From a virus (Duplodnaviria > Heunggongvirae > Uroviricota > Caudoviricetes), in the IMG/VR virus record IMGVR_UViG_3300017766_003306, positions 5,587 to 69,586 of that record: a stretch of 64,000 nt of DNA. One strand, 5' to 3'. The translations under genes and the position numbers were made by a program. How positions within the stretch are numbered: position 1 is the stretch's first letter; the number at the start of each line of letters is the position of its first letter. The notes under the pieces are model-generated. The model had not been told where the DNA came from and made no database searches. It saw only the letters and a program-made list of their open reading frames with translations. Below, piece after piece: positions 37,767-46,891 of this stretch.

Positions 37767-38480
37767 CTAACCCTGCATTATTTTATATCCAGTCCCAAAG
37801 CACTCGTTCAAGAGTGCGTACCTGTCCCCCAGCTCCGTTAATTTAGACATCCCTAAGTAAACATGAGAGACACTCTTTTTCTTTATGGATCCTAAAAACA
37901 TAGTAATCGTTCGTATGTCTTCTGCATTATTTGGGTGAAATATAAACGAGTCTGCCCGTTTTAAGATTCTCACATTGTACGCTTTTAGAGTATTTTCTAG
38001 GTTTGCCTTGTCTATAGGATCTTCTAAGATGCTCGGATATGTACATATAGATAATCTAGTCGTGTTTGTTTCTAATAATCTAAATAGCGACTCTGTGAGC
38101 GTTTCTTTCCCCGAGAATGAGATGTTTATCAGAAACTTAGATCTTTCTGTGAATGTAAATAATAGTTTGTAGACATAATCTAAATTAGTTGGGGGTACGT
38201 CCCAAACAATATCTATATGTGCTAACCCTCTACCGTATCGACCGCACCACTCTTTTATGTCTTCGATTAAGTATTCGATTGATGTCTCGGGTATAAGTAG
38301 AGAGTTATTGAGCTGTCTATCTATTAACGAGTTGAAGAACCCTCCCCCATAGTCCTCTTTGTTGATCACGGAGTAATCTATTATTTTATCCGCTAACTCT
38401 GAGAAGGAAAGCTGTAAGCAGGGTGTCCCTATAAATGTCGGTACTGAGGTGAAGTCTCTTTTTACGTTAGTTAAGTACAT
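37767..38480 (-). CDS. TGT/DpdA-family-like protein (second, divergent paralog)
   Basis: 237 aa; N-terminal VPTFIGT resembles TGT PxFMPVGT; DYGGGFF resembles TGT DSGGFQ substrate motif. Confidence 0.35.
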   Translation of the reverse strand: MYLTNVKRDFTSVPTFIGTPCLQLSFSELADKIIDYSVINKEDYGGGFFNSLIDRQLNNSLLIPETSIEYLIEDIKEWCGRYGRGLAHIDIVWDVPPTNLDYVYKLLFTFTERSKFLINISFSGKETLTESLFRLLETNTTRLSICTYPSILEDPIDKANLENTLKAYNVRILKRADSFIFHPNNAEDIRTITMFLGSIKKKSVSHVYLGMSKLTELGDRYALLNECFGTGYKIMQG

Positions 38481-39267
38481 CGAGATTTGAATCTCCTAGA
38501 TCTTCGTTTGCTGATTGGTAATGTGCATAAGTTGCGTTTATCTTGGCTATGAAATCTTCTAGTTTGAACTTCCTTGTTCTTGCAGTTTCCCGATCTAGCG
38601 ACGCTACAGTATCGTTATACAAGCCTTCATCAAAAGTATATAGTGTCAGTGTGTATTTTTTAGAGGCTGTTTGTGTTTCGGAGTTTGCTGTAGTGAAGTC
38701 GCTTAAATCTGTATGATTTTCAGAAATTAAAGAATCCTCTAAATCAGATGAATCATAAGATAAATCTGAACCCTCAAGCATATCTAAATCTAACATATCA
38801 TAGGGTAGTATATCTGATAAGTATTCAGACGAATTAGTCTGTAGTAGCTCAGTTAGCAAAGAGTCTAGCTTAGAGCTGTCGTTATTAAAGCGTATTTCGT
38901 TTGTCTGTAATGCTACTTTTTTAGCTGTAGCTAGATCAACTTCCCCTAAATTACATACGGGAGCTTCTGTATGCCCTAATTCTTGCAAAGCTACTAATCT
39001 ATGATTACCATTAACTACTTCAAGTTTTAATTTACCCTTAGAATCTTTTACTTCACGAACGATTAAGTTCTGAACACACCCATTTTCTTCTATGCTCTTT
39101 TTAAGCTGAGTCATATATTTTTCATTGTCTTCTTTGTAGTTCCATTCAGCCTTAATTAACTGATCTAAAGGTACATAAGCGTATCCGTTAGCTACTCTAC
39201 CCTCTGTTAAGCTCATCTGCACTGCCCTTTCCGACATTATTTTTCCATTGACCCTCTTACTTCGCAT
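38467..39267 (-). CDS. ParB-like nuclease domain protein (paralog 2)
   Basis: 266 aa; AEWNYKEDNEKYM...LEVVNGNHRLVALQELGH...ALQTNEIRFNNDSSKLDSLL, paralogous to ORF 43176..43952. Confidence 0.6.
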   Translation of the reverse strand: MRSKRVNGKIMSERAVQMSLTEGRVANGYAYVPLDQLIKAEWNYKEDNEKYMTQLKKSIEENGCVQNLIVREVKDSKGKLKLEVVNGNHRLVALQELGHTEAPVCNLGEVDLATAKKVALQTNEIRFNNDSSKLDSLLTELLQTNSSEYLSDILPYDMLDLDMLEGSDLSYDSSDLEDSLISENHTDLSDFTTANSETQTASKKYTLTLYTFDEGLYNDTVASLDRETARTRKFKLEDFIAKINATYAHYQSANEDLGDSNLDVLN

Positions 39268-39617
39268 ATCTCTCCGTATAGTGAGCTTTTATAAGCCCTA
39301 GATAACTGACTATCGACTAGCTTATCTGCTTGATGATATAGCTGTTTGAGGACTCTGATCTTTGCTAGCTTTGTTAAGCTCTCTTTGTACTCTTTTAGCT
39401 TTTTTCTATCGTCGTATAAGTTAGAGACTATTCTGGAGACCGATATTCCAATCCCTGTGATTGTTACTTTAGATGATTCTCTCAACTTCTTAATCACTCT
39501 GCATTGTATGTAGTAGTGAGGGACTCGTCTTAGTTTCGCTACTGCATAAGAACTTGGAGTGAGTGAGTTGTACACCTCTTCTTCGGAGTCAAATGTTTGC
39601 ATCTTTTCTATACCCAA
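39237..39617 (-). CDS. hypothetical basic protein
   Basis: 126-aa ORF inside the operon. Confidence 0.35.
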   Translation of the reverse strand: MGIEKMQTFDSEEEVYNSLTPSSYAVAKLRRVPHYYIQCRVIKKLRESSKVTITGIGISVSRIVSNLYDDRKKLKEYKESLTKLAKIRVLKQLYHQADKLVDSQLSRAYKSSLYGEICEVRGSMEK

Positions 39618-39657
39618 TAATTATACCAACGCCCATATAAAAAGTCAAGGGGTCAAG

Positions 39658-40422
39658 TTAATATATATTTATATATTTGTGAGTTTGTATAGATACTTTA
39701 TACCCTTTTTTCTTAGCATAGTCTATGCACAGATTTGTAGCCTTCTCTGATTGTGAGATGGGTTGTAGCCATATTGGAGTTTCGTGTCTAAATCTATGTG
39801 TAGCTAAAAACTCTTCTAAGTTCTCTAAATCCCTAAGAGACCCTACAGGCATTTTAATCTCATCTATTAAATTACACATAGAAGGATTAAAGGACTTTCC
39901 GCCCGCCATTCCTATTTTCGGAGAGAGGGTTATAAAGCAGTTTTGTCTTAGATACGCATACGTTTTATCTAACAGCTTAGACGTTCCGCTTGTCTCTATT
40001 TGTATTCTAGGTCTATAAGTAGCAGATCTACAGCTCTTTATTCCCTCTATAATGCTGATTAAAGAGTCTTGATGCTGAGGATCTTCTTGTAGAGGCTCAC
40101 CGCCTGTTATTACAAAGTGCGATATTTTAGATGTATCTGAGTTTGCTACTCTACCTGCTAAGTCTTTCCCAAACTTATTCTCATACTGCCACTCTACTTG
40201 TATAGCTAACTTCTCTCTATTCAGTACGCTTAGTAGATCTTCATAGGTATTCACTGAGATGATATTTTGAGGCTGGGTATTGCTATCCCAAACATCCCAA
40301 CTAAACTTAGTGTCACAAAAACTACATCCTACCCCACACCCTTGAGTTCTAATGAATATCGCAGGGGTTCCCGTAAATGTAGCTTCGCCTTGTATCGTTT
40401 CAAATATCTCTGTTAAGTACAT
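39658..40422 (-). CDS. queE: 7-carboxy-7-deazaguanine synthase (radical SAM)
   Basis: 254 aa; N-terminal FETIQGEATFTGTPAIFIRTQGCGVGCSFCDTK matches the QueE Cx14CxxC-type cluster region. Confidence 0.75.
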   Translation of the reverse strand: MYLTEIFETIQGEATFTGTPAIFIRTQGCGVGCSFCDTKFSWDVWDSNTQPQNIISVNTYEDLLSVLNREKLAIQVEWQYENKFGKDLAGRVANSDTSKISHFVITGGEPLQEDPQHQDSLISIIEGIKSCRSATYRPRIQIETSGTSKLLDKTYAYLRQNCFITLSPKIGMAGGKSFNPSMCNLIDEIKMPVGSLRDLENLEEFLATHRFRHETPIWLQPISQSEKATNLCIDYAKKKGYKVSIQTHKYINIY

Positions 40423-40424
40423 TA

Positions 40425-40889
40425 TTATTTTCTCCCTAGAAATATCGCTGAATTAGAGCCATGCTCAAATACTTCTACTGAATCTAAGCGGACGTTTGTT
40501 TTATATTTATCATTGTATTTGGGTAAAATTACTGTGTTTATATGGTCGTAGGCATATTCTGCAAAAGCTTCACACCCTACTTTAGGGAAAATTACTACTT
40601 TAGCTAAACCTAAGTTTTCTAACTCTAATATCTTCCCTAGCTTAGTATCAGACTTAGAGACTGCTAATGTGTGATCGAAAGTCTCTTTTAAGAATGCTTT
40701 AACGTCCTTTAACTCCCCAAAAGAAATTACCCAATTTCTATGATCCAGCGTATCGGACGTGAATGTAATCTTAAATCCTAAAGCGTATCCGTGTAATAAG
40801 CTACAGTGATCGGGGGATGCTTTTTCTTGTCTGAAGCAACAAGAAAAGCCGAGATCGTTTCCGTATGTTTTAACAACTGCGTAAGACAT
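40425..40889 (-). CDS. queD: 6-carboxy-5,6,7,8-tetrahydropterin synthase (PTPS family)
   Basis: 154 aa; DHCSLLHGYALGF (CxxxHGH-type Zn motif) and ETFDHTLAV (DHH-like). Confidence 0.65.
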   Translation of the reverse strand: MSYAVVKTYGNDLGFSCCFRQEKASPDHCSLLHGYALGFKITFTSDTLDHRNWVISFGELKDVKAFLKETFDHTLAVSKSDTKLGKILELENLGLAKVVIFPKVGCEAFAEYAYDHINTVILPKYNDKYKTNVRLDSVEVFEHGSNSAIFLGRK

Positions 40890-40902
40890 ATTATGCTTGT
40901 TC

Positions 40903-41955
40903 CTATTTTTTTTGAGTATTGCTTATTGCGAGAAGTAGGTCATTCGTAAATTGACCCCACCCACTTATTTTACTATTTTGTTTCAGTAGATCAGGCAACT
41001 GTCCCCAGTTATCTAGCTCTATCAAAGACCCTAACCCCTTACCTCTATGCTTCTTCAAGACTTTATAGCCTTTATCTTCTTTACAGATGACTACAGTTTT
41101 ACATAAAGCTAATGCTTCTAAGCACACCATGCCGTAAGTCTCTTGTACGCTAGGAAGAACTACGATGTCTATAGATCTAAGCCATGCAAAGTATTCAGGT
41201 CTATTCATCATGTGCATATTATCTTCCCCGCTTCTAGGGAGTTTTATCTCTAAATTGTAGCTGTCTTTAAGCTCATGTATTACTGTAGAGCCTTTCTCAT
41301 CACACTGTCGAGATACATACCCAACGACTAAATCGGGGGACTTTCCTGTTCCACAATAATTATCTATAACATCTACGGGAAACGGAATCACTTTAGCTTT
41401 CTCAATCATAGCACTTGCTGACGATAAGCCTATAGCCTTCTCTAAGTACCTGTAACACATATCTCTATGCTCTAAAGTAGCGAATATGGGTATTACATTT
41501 TCTCTAATGATGTCATAGACTTGACCTAAAGCTAACGATCTAGCCTCTTCGCTCTTTGTCAAAGCATCGTTTTCATCCCATAATCCTGAATGATATAGCA
41601 CATAATGAGTAGGTAAGTTATTGGGCATCCCCACTGCCCGCCGTAAGTAAAGATCATCTATTGATCCTATAAGCGAATATAGCCCATCTAAGTGTATGAA
41701 ATTATCTGTGCTTGTGTATGCTGAACCCGTACCTTGTTTTACGTCTAGTAGCTCATGTAAGCACTCTAACTTATGGTTTATGTATTCTTCTATAGGCAAA
41801 AAAGCATCCCCCGCAATTAAGGGTTTATGGTACTCCGCTTTTGCCCCTAAAGGAGTGAAGTTTTCTTTTATTGTTTCTGATCCATGAACATAAGAGAACC
41901 AGTCAGAAGTGTACCTAGAATCTACAGGTAAAATCGGTATGATGTAATTTACCAT
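40903..41955 (-). CDS. GT4-family (GT-B fold) glycosyltransferase
   Basis: 350 aa; C-terminal IDIVVLPSVQETYGMVCLEALALCKTVVIC with EX7E motif. Confidence 0.65.
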   Translation of the reverse strand: MVNYIIPILPVDSRYTSDWFSYVHGSETIKENFTPLGAKAEYHKPLIAGDAFLPIEEYINHKLECLHELLDVKQGTGSAYTSTDNFIHLDGLYSLIGSIDDLYLRRAVGMPNNLPTHYVLYHSGLWDENDALTKSEEARSLALGQVYDIIRENVIPIFATLEHRDMCYRYLEKAIGLSSASAMIEKAKVIPFPVDVIDNYCGTGKSPDLVVGYVSRQCDEKGSTVIHELKDSYNLEIKLPRSGEDNMHMMNRPEYFAWLRSIDIVVLPSVQETYGMVCLEALALCKTVVICKEDKGYKVLKKHRGKGLGSLIELDNWGQLPDLLKQNSKISGWGQFTNDLLLAISNTQKK

Positions 41956-41985
41956 AAGTTTAGTCCTTTTTATGCTTTTAGTATA

Positions 41986-42360
41986 CTATGTGTAATCTCT
42001 CGTGAATGTTGTCTCTGAACCACATTCTCCATCTTCTGATACTTCGATCTTAAATATAGAATAACCTACATCACTCAGAGAGTTCTTCAAGAATCTAGCG
42101 ATAGACTCACAAGACTCTTCTCTTGGCTCATCAAAGTATCCGTTCATAGCCAGTTTGCAATCTTTTAGTAATGTATGAAACTCTACTTGCCTATTAGAGT
42201 GAGATACTCTAGCCCAAACCTTAAACTTAAATAAGTGTCTGTGGTACTGATCTAAGTACGCTACTTCGTGGGGAGCATTCTCCCATCTATGAAATCCCTC
42301 TAGGCTGAATGTAACCCAAATAGTTTCAGACTCGACATCACTTTTAAATTGATTTATCAT
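41986..42360 (-). CDS. PTPS-like T-fold protein (QueD paralog lacking the catalytic Cys)
   Basis: 124 aa; TFSLEGFHRW / HRHLFKFKVW / EFHTLLKDCK align positionally with QueD FxFxAAHRL / HGHxFxVxL / DFAELK blocks. Confidence 0.35.
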   Translation of the reverse strand: MINQFKSDVESETIWVTFSLEGFHRWENAPHEVAYLDQYHRHLFKFKVWARVSHSNRQVEFHTLLKDCKLAMNGYFDEPREESCESIARFLKNSLSDVGYSIFKIEVSEDGECGSETTFTRDYT

Positions 42361-42361
42361 C

Positions 42362-43195
42362 TTATCGTCCTCCTCCGCCCATTCTCTCTACCCTCCGTGC
42401 GTGTACTGCATTAACATAGTTTTCGTAAGCTTTTATAACCCGTGTATTGTACTTGATCCTAGTCGTAAATCCGAGAGGGCATCTGTCTACGCCTGACTCC
42501 CTACGCTCTGTGGGTTGACACTGTATACCCCTTACTGGATCTATCCTTAACTTGTTCCCAAAAGCCGTGTACTGAGCTAAGCTAGAAGCGTCTACGCTAT
42601 CGGGGAAGCATCTTATAATCAAGTCGTGCCTAGAACATCCTAGAATGTGTATCTTAGTCTCTTCAGGTATGAGATTTCTAATTGTTTTGTAGATCTTAAT
42701 AAAGTCTTCTCTGCCTTCTTTCGTTAGCATAGGTAAGCCTAAAGACGATATAGAGATGTAATTGTCTGAAGCTTCTGTAATTTCTTGGATTAAGCTTGCA
42801 GACATATCAGGTCTAATTATTCCCGCAACGGGTACACCGTTTGCTTTCATTCGGGCTGTATTTTCTAACCACTGAGAATATCTGCCTTGATCTACAGTCA
42901 TTACGACGTTGTAGTAGTCTTTGTTTCTATGGTAGTAGTCGCACAAGTCGTCAACCTCTACCATCTTCCCATGCTTTCTAGCTGTGAATACCCCCGAGTC
43001 TAGCATAAATCTAAAGTCAAACCCTTCAGGTATATTAGAGCTTTCAAGTATTTTTAAAATGTAGGGGTCTACCCCCGATACGGCATCTTTTCTGTTCCAG
43101 TACGAAAGCAGGTTGCTTATTCCTGCTTCTAAGCAGTGAGTTATTACATTTGGATCCCAACTGCTTGAATAGTATTTAAACATTGATAGTCTCAT
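42362..43195 (-). CDS. dpdA: DpdA-like DNA-guanine transglycosylase (TGT family)
   Basis: 277 aa; FMLDSGVFTARKHG (TGT DSGGFQ-type motif), Cys/His cluster in C-terminal third; embedded among preQ0-pathway genes. Confidence 0.6.
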   Translation of the reverse strand: MRLSMFKYYSSSWDPNVITHCLEAGISNLLSYWNRKDAVSGVDPYILKILESSNIPEGFDFRFMLDSGVFTARKHGKMVEVDDLCDYYHRNKDYYNVVMTVDQGRYSQWLENTARMKANGVPVAGIIRPDMSASLIQEITEASDNYISISSLGLPMLTKEGREDFIKIYKTIRNLIPEETKIHILGCSRHDLIIRCFPDSVDASSLAQYTAFGNKLRIDPVRGIQCQPTERRESGVDRCPLGFTTRIKYNTRVIKAYENYVNAVHARRVERMGGGGR

Positions 43196-43952
43196 CTAAC
43201 TTTTCTGAGTTTTCTACACTCTCTGTAGATACCGATTGTTCGGGATTGTAGTCTTGGTGAGCTTTTAAAACTCGTAGCAAGTCATCCATACTGAAAGTAA
43301 TTTTTCCGACGTTTTTCTGTATGCCTAATGCGTGAAATACGACTCTTATCTCTTCTAAAGTAAATGACTCTTCTGTGTATAGAGATAGGTTATATTGAGA
43401 AACGGAAGGGGTATAGTTTTCAGTTTCGTAAGTCTTGTCTACGTCTTGGGACTCGTCGAATAAATACGCATCGTCTACAGATATATCTAAAGAAACGTCT
43501 GATAGCATTTCCATAACAGAATCGAGTTCTTGCTGTTTAAATGGCAAGAAAGACAACGTGTCCGCTGTACCCTCTTCACTGCTTAAAATATCCATAAGTA
43601 AGCTGTCGAGCTTAGATCTATCAGTAGCAAACCTAGTCTCATTAGTTGAGATGGCTATTTGTTTTGCTTTTTCGAGAGAGATTTTGCCTAAGTTATAACA
43701 GTGTACTTTGTTATACCCTAAAGTAGTGAATGCTTCTAGCCTATGATTACCGTTTACGACTTCGTATAAGCCATCATCAAGCTCTCGAATAATGATCGAC
43801 TCAACTTGACCATTGTTTTTGATATTAGATACAAGCTTTTTCATAAGCTGTGCATCCTGTTTTTTGTAGTTCCATTCAGCTGATACTAATTTCTCTGGGT
43901 TAATATCTGCCCACCCAATAGGTAATGATGCTGTCATTATATAGCTCCCCAC
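43176..43952 (-). CDS. ParB-like nuclease domain protein (paralog 1, DpdB-like context)
   Basis: 258 aa; LYEVVNGNHRLEAF... ParB/Srx N-domain signature; directly upstream of dpdA-like gene. Confidence 0.6.
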   Translation of the reverse strand: MGSYIMTASLPIGWADINPEKLVSAEWNYKKQDAQLMKKLVSNIKNNGQVESIIIRELDDGLYEVVNGNHRLEAFTTLGYNKVHCYNLGKISLEKAKQIAISTNETRFATDRSKLDSLLMDILSSEEGTADTLSFLPFKQQELDSVMEMLSDVSLDISVDDAYLFDESQDVDKTYETENYTPSVSQYNLSLYTEESFTLEEIRVVFHALGIQKNVGKITFSMDDLLRVLKAHQDYNPEQSVSTESVENSEKLDETINV

Positions 43953-43966
43953 TATGTTTATATTTT

Positions 43967-44599
43967 CTACGACCGTATACTTGTTAAGAACTCGTCTTTA
44001 AGCCCTTGATTTTCTTTTACTTCGTCTGATACTTTACTTGTGACTGTAGTGCTACTCGTATTGTTTACGCCCCTCCAACTCATGCAAGTATGTATAGCTT
44101 CGATATGTACGATCAAGGCGGAAGGATTCAGTATTTGGATAAGGTACTCAAAGATCTGAGAAGTAAGCTCTTCCTGTATTTGAGGTCTACGAGCATAGTA
44201 ATCGACTATACGAGCAAACTTAGATAGCCCTAATGTATTTTCTTTTGGGATGTACCCGATATGACACTTACCTAAAATAGGGGCGAAGTGATGGCTACAC
44301 ATAGATTTAAGTTCTATGTTCTTTACAACGACTAACTGATCTGCTTTCCCTACGTTTGGGAACACAGTTATTTTAGGGGGGTCTGTAAATCTTCCTGCAC
44401 ACACTTCATGTAAGTACATTTTAGACATACGCTTAGCTGTTTCATTAGTGTTATGATCTTGTGCTGTGTCTATTTCTAGCACGTCCAGCACTCTCTGAAA
44501 CGCTGATTCAAGCTCTCTTAGCTTATACCCTGTTTCGCTCTGTTTTAGCACTCGTAGATGCTCATTTGATTTATTTGGCATTCTGAGGTTCCTTCGCAA
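43967..44599 (-). CDS. folE: GTP cyclohydrolase I
   Basis: 210 aa; SMCSHHFAPILGKCHIGYIP...LGLSKFARIVDYYARRPQIQEELT matches FolE catalytic core (CEHH..GK.HIAYIP). Confidence 0.8.
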   Translation of the reverse strand: MRRNLRMPNKSNEHLRVLKQSETGYKLRELESAFQRVLDVLEIDTAQDHNTNETAKRMSKMYLHEVCAGRFTDPPKITVFPNVGKADQLVVVKNIELKSMCSHHFAPILGKCHIGYIPKENTLGLSKFARIVDYYARRPQIQEELTSQIFEYLIQILNPSALIVHIEAIHTCMSWRGVNNTSSTTVTSKVSDEVKENQGLKDEFLTSIRS

Positions 44600-44849
44600 C
44601 TAAAGGCGTAAAATACTCTAACATCCCAAAAACAGCTATTGAGTGCAAGTCTGCGGGGTCTTTACCCATCTGTTCATATAGTTTAGGGGATAGTCGGGAT
44701 GCGTTTGCTTGGTTTATTTTTATTGATAGTTCAGGAGGGAGTCGTTTAAACTTGCTAGCCATAGCTATAGCTTTTGTATAGTCGCCCACTAGCATCGCTT
44801 CTCTTATTTTTTCTGTCTTAGTTGTTTGTAGCATCAACGAATCTTTCAA
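44571..44849 (-). CDS. hypothetical protein
   Basis: 92-aa ORF between terL and folE. Confidence 0.35.
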   Translation of the reverse strand: MKDSLMLQTTKTEKIREAMLVGDYTKAIAMASKFKRLPPELSIKINQANASRLSPKLYEQMGKDPADLHSIAVFGMLEYFTPLVAKEPQNAK

Positions 44850-44929
44850 AGTTATATGAATGAGTTTATATACTTAAGTTTAGCACATTGTGTATAAAAA
44901 GTAAATAGTTTTTACAATGATTTGAACAA

Positions 44930-46891
44930 CTAAACAAACTCTCCGTCTTCCTCAAAATCGTCATCTTCATAATCTTCATAGTCCGCATTTTCTTCCATTC
45001 TAGCTTTAGCGAACGGGTTAGCTAATATCATCATAGCCTCCCTACTCTGTAATGCGTTTGAGACTGCTCCACACACTGCGTCGGCTAAATCCTTTGATCC
45101 GCTAGGTAAGTGGTCTATCTTTACTTTAGATCCCGCTGTAAGCTCTACAAGCTGTGTAAGCTCTTTTAGAAGTATCTCATTGTAGGGTAGACGTACACGC
45201 CCTTCATATATAGCAGTTCTCAAGTTTTGATAGTGTACTGGGTCTCTGTCTACAGATAAAGTCTCTGCTATAATCCCTTCGCCTCTTAAGATAGTCAACG
45301 ATTCAAGACTTTGATAACTATCATAAGTTACTTTTCCTATCGTTAAGCCTTGATCTCGTTTTAGTTTCGTGATTAGTTTTCTAGGCTTAGAAATATCTAC
45401 AGGGTATACTTGTGAAGGCTCTATGCTGTACACATAATCGACCGTTATTATCGGCTTCATCTCTCCGCCTACACCCTTAACCCCCGAAACGTGTGCCATT
45501 GCTTGAGCTGTTCTATCCCCTGTATGGGATAAGTCAGTATGAAAGTATCTAGGTAATTGTTTGTTAGGGATTTCACCGCAGATGACAGGGTAGTGATGCC
45601 CCCCTTCTGTGTAGACTTGAACGACATAGTTATCTACTTCTGAAAGTTTAGGGAGCGTGTAGTCTATGCACTCGTATAGACGACTAGGAAGAGTTAGGTA
45701 AGACGAACTTCCCGCTGTCGTTATCCCCGCGTGATCTCGTTGTGCTGTAAGGGGATTTGTTTCAAATGAAAGTCTGTATTCGTTAGGAATATCTACGACG
45801 ATAGAATCTTTAACCCCGTCTTCATCATCTTCTAGTATCTTGGGTTCTACTGTTTTGCTACCGCATTGAAATCTAAATGTACCTGTCGTAAATAGATTTT
45901 TAGGGGCGACTTCCCATTTTGTTTTTCGTCTATATCGCCAAACTAAGTTCGACTTTGTAGCCTTTAAAGAATTGTGTACCCCCTCAATAAAGTCCTCTTC
46001 ATAGTTGGGTGAAGAGCATAAATCTATTCCCCCAAAAGATAAGGAGTCTGTAATAAATCGAGACTCATATCGTTTTCTCATAGTGTCGAATAATTTATCC
46101 GCGTGGTTAAATCGTCTTTCTCCATGATCCGCCCGTCTTGATTCTTCTACAACATCAAAGAAGTTCGCCTCATCTATAACGCCGTAAACGATAGCTAAAG
46201 ACAATAAAGCACTCGGTTCTAGTGAGTGTGCCATCATTAGCTCGATATTGTTAGAAAGCTGAATACTCGTTGTCTTTTCTTTTTTATATGTCACTGTCTC
46301 TTTGAAGAAGGGGATCTCTTTAAATAGTTGGTAAATGGGTTTATAGATTTGGGTCTCAGTAATGGAAGGTTTAGCACTGATCAAATAAATGAGCATGGGA
46401 AAGTTAGAGTCTAACCCTTTATAGATAAAGTGAGGCGTATTAAAACAACATAATGTAGTTAAGATGAATAAGGCTTTAGTTACGACACAGTAAGACTTAC
46501 CCGTACCTAATGTACTGTTATTGATGTCGATAGCGGGCATAGGAACGCCTGACATAATATGCGGGCAAGAGATGGCAATATCTTTTCTAACTTCTTCCCA
46601 AAAGTTAAGTCTTCCCCCTAAATACTCGTCGTTGTCTATAAACTCGTCTATTGTGGGAGGTATTCTATTTGCTAGCATTAGCATCTTAAAGTAGTCGGCA
46701 TTATCGTGATCGAGTAGTTGCTTAAACGCATATTCACAATATCTAGCAGTCTGTATGTTTCCGTAAGCTTCATTAAAGTTTATTTGACGCTCTAATTCAT
46801 TTAGCATCTTTATTCTATTAGCTTCTGTAGAGTTACGCACAGTGCTTAACAAAAGATCTAAGTCTTTTGAGAATCTATTGTTTTTCCTCAC
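44930..46891 (-). CDS. terL: terminase large subunit
   Basis: 653 aa; Walker A STLGTGKSY, Walker B VIDEANFF, C-terminal nuclease region with SKDLADAV; acidic tail. Confidence 0.8.
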   Translation of the reverse strand: MRKNNRFSKDLDLLLSTVRNSTEANRIKMLNELERQINFNEAYGNIQTARYCEYAFKQLLDHDNADYFKMLMLANRIPPTIDEFIDNDEYLGGRLNFWEEVRKDIAISCPHIMSGVPMPAIDINNSTLGTGKSYCVVTKALFILTTLCCFNTPHFIYKGLDSNFPMLIYLISAKPSITETQIYKPIYQLFKEIPFFKETVTYKKEKTTSIQLSNNIELMMAHSLEPSALLSLAIVYGVIDEANFFDVVEESRRADHGERRFNHADKLFDTMRKRYESRFITDSLSFGGIDLCSSPNYEEDFIEGVHNSLKATKSNLVWRYRRKTKWEVAPKNLFTTGTFRFQCGSKTVEPKILEDDEDGVKDSIVVDIPNEYRLSFETNPLTAQRDHAGITTAGSSSYLTLPSRLYECIDYTLPKLSEVDNYVVQVYTEGGHHYPVICGEIPNKQLPRYFHTDLSHTGDRTAQAMAHVSGVKGVGGEMKPIITVDYVYSIEPSQVYPVDISKPRKLITKLKRDQGLTIGKVTYDSYQSLESLTILRGEGIIAETLSVDRDPVHYQNLRTAIYEGRVRLPYNEILLKELTQLVELTAGSKVKIDHLPSGSKDLADAVCGAVSNALQSREAMMILANPFAKARMEENADYEDYEDDDFEEDGEFV

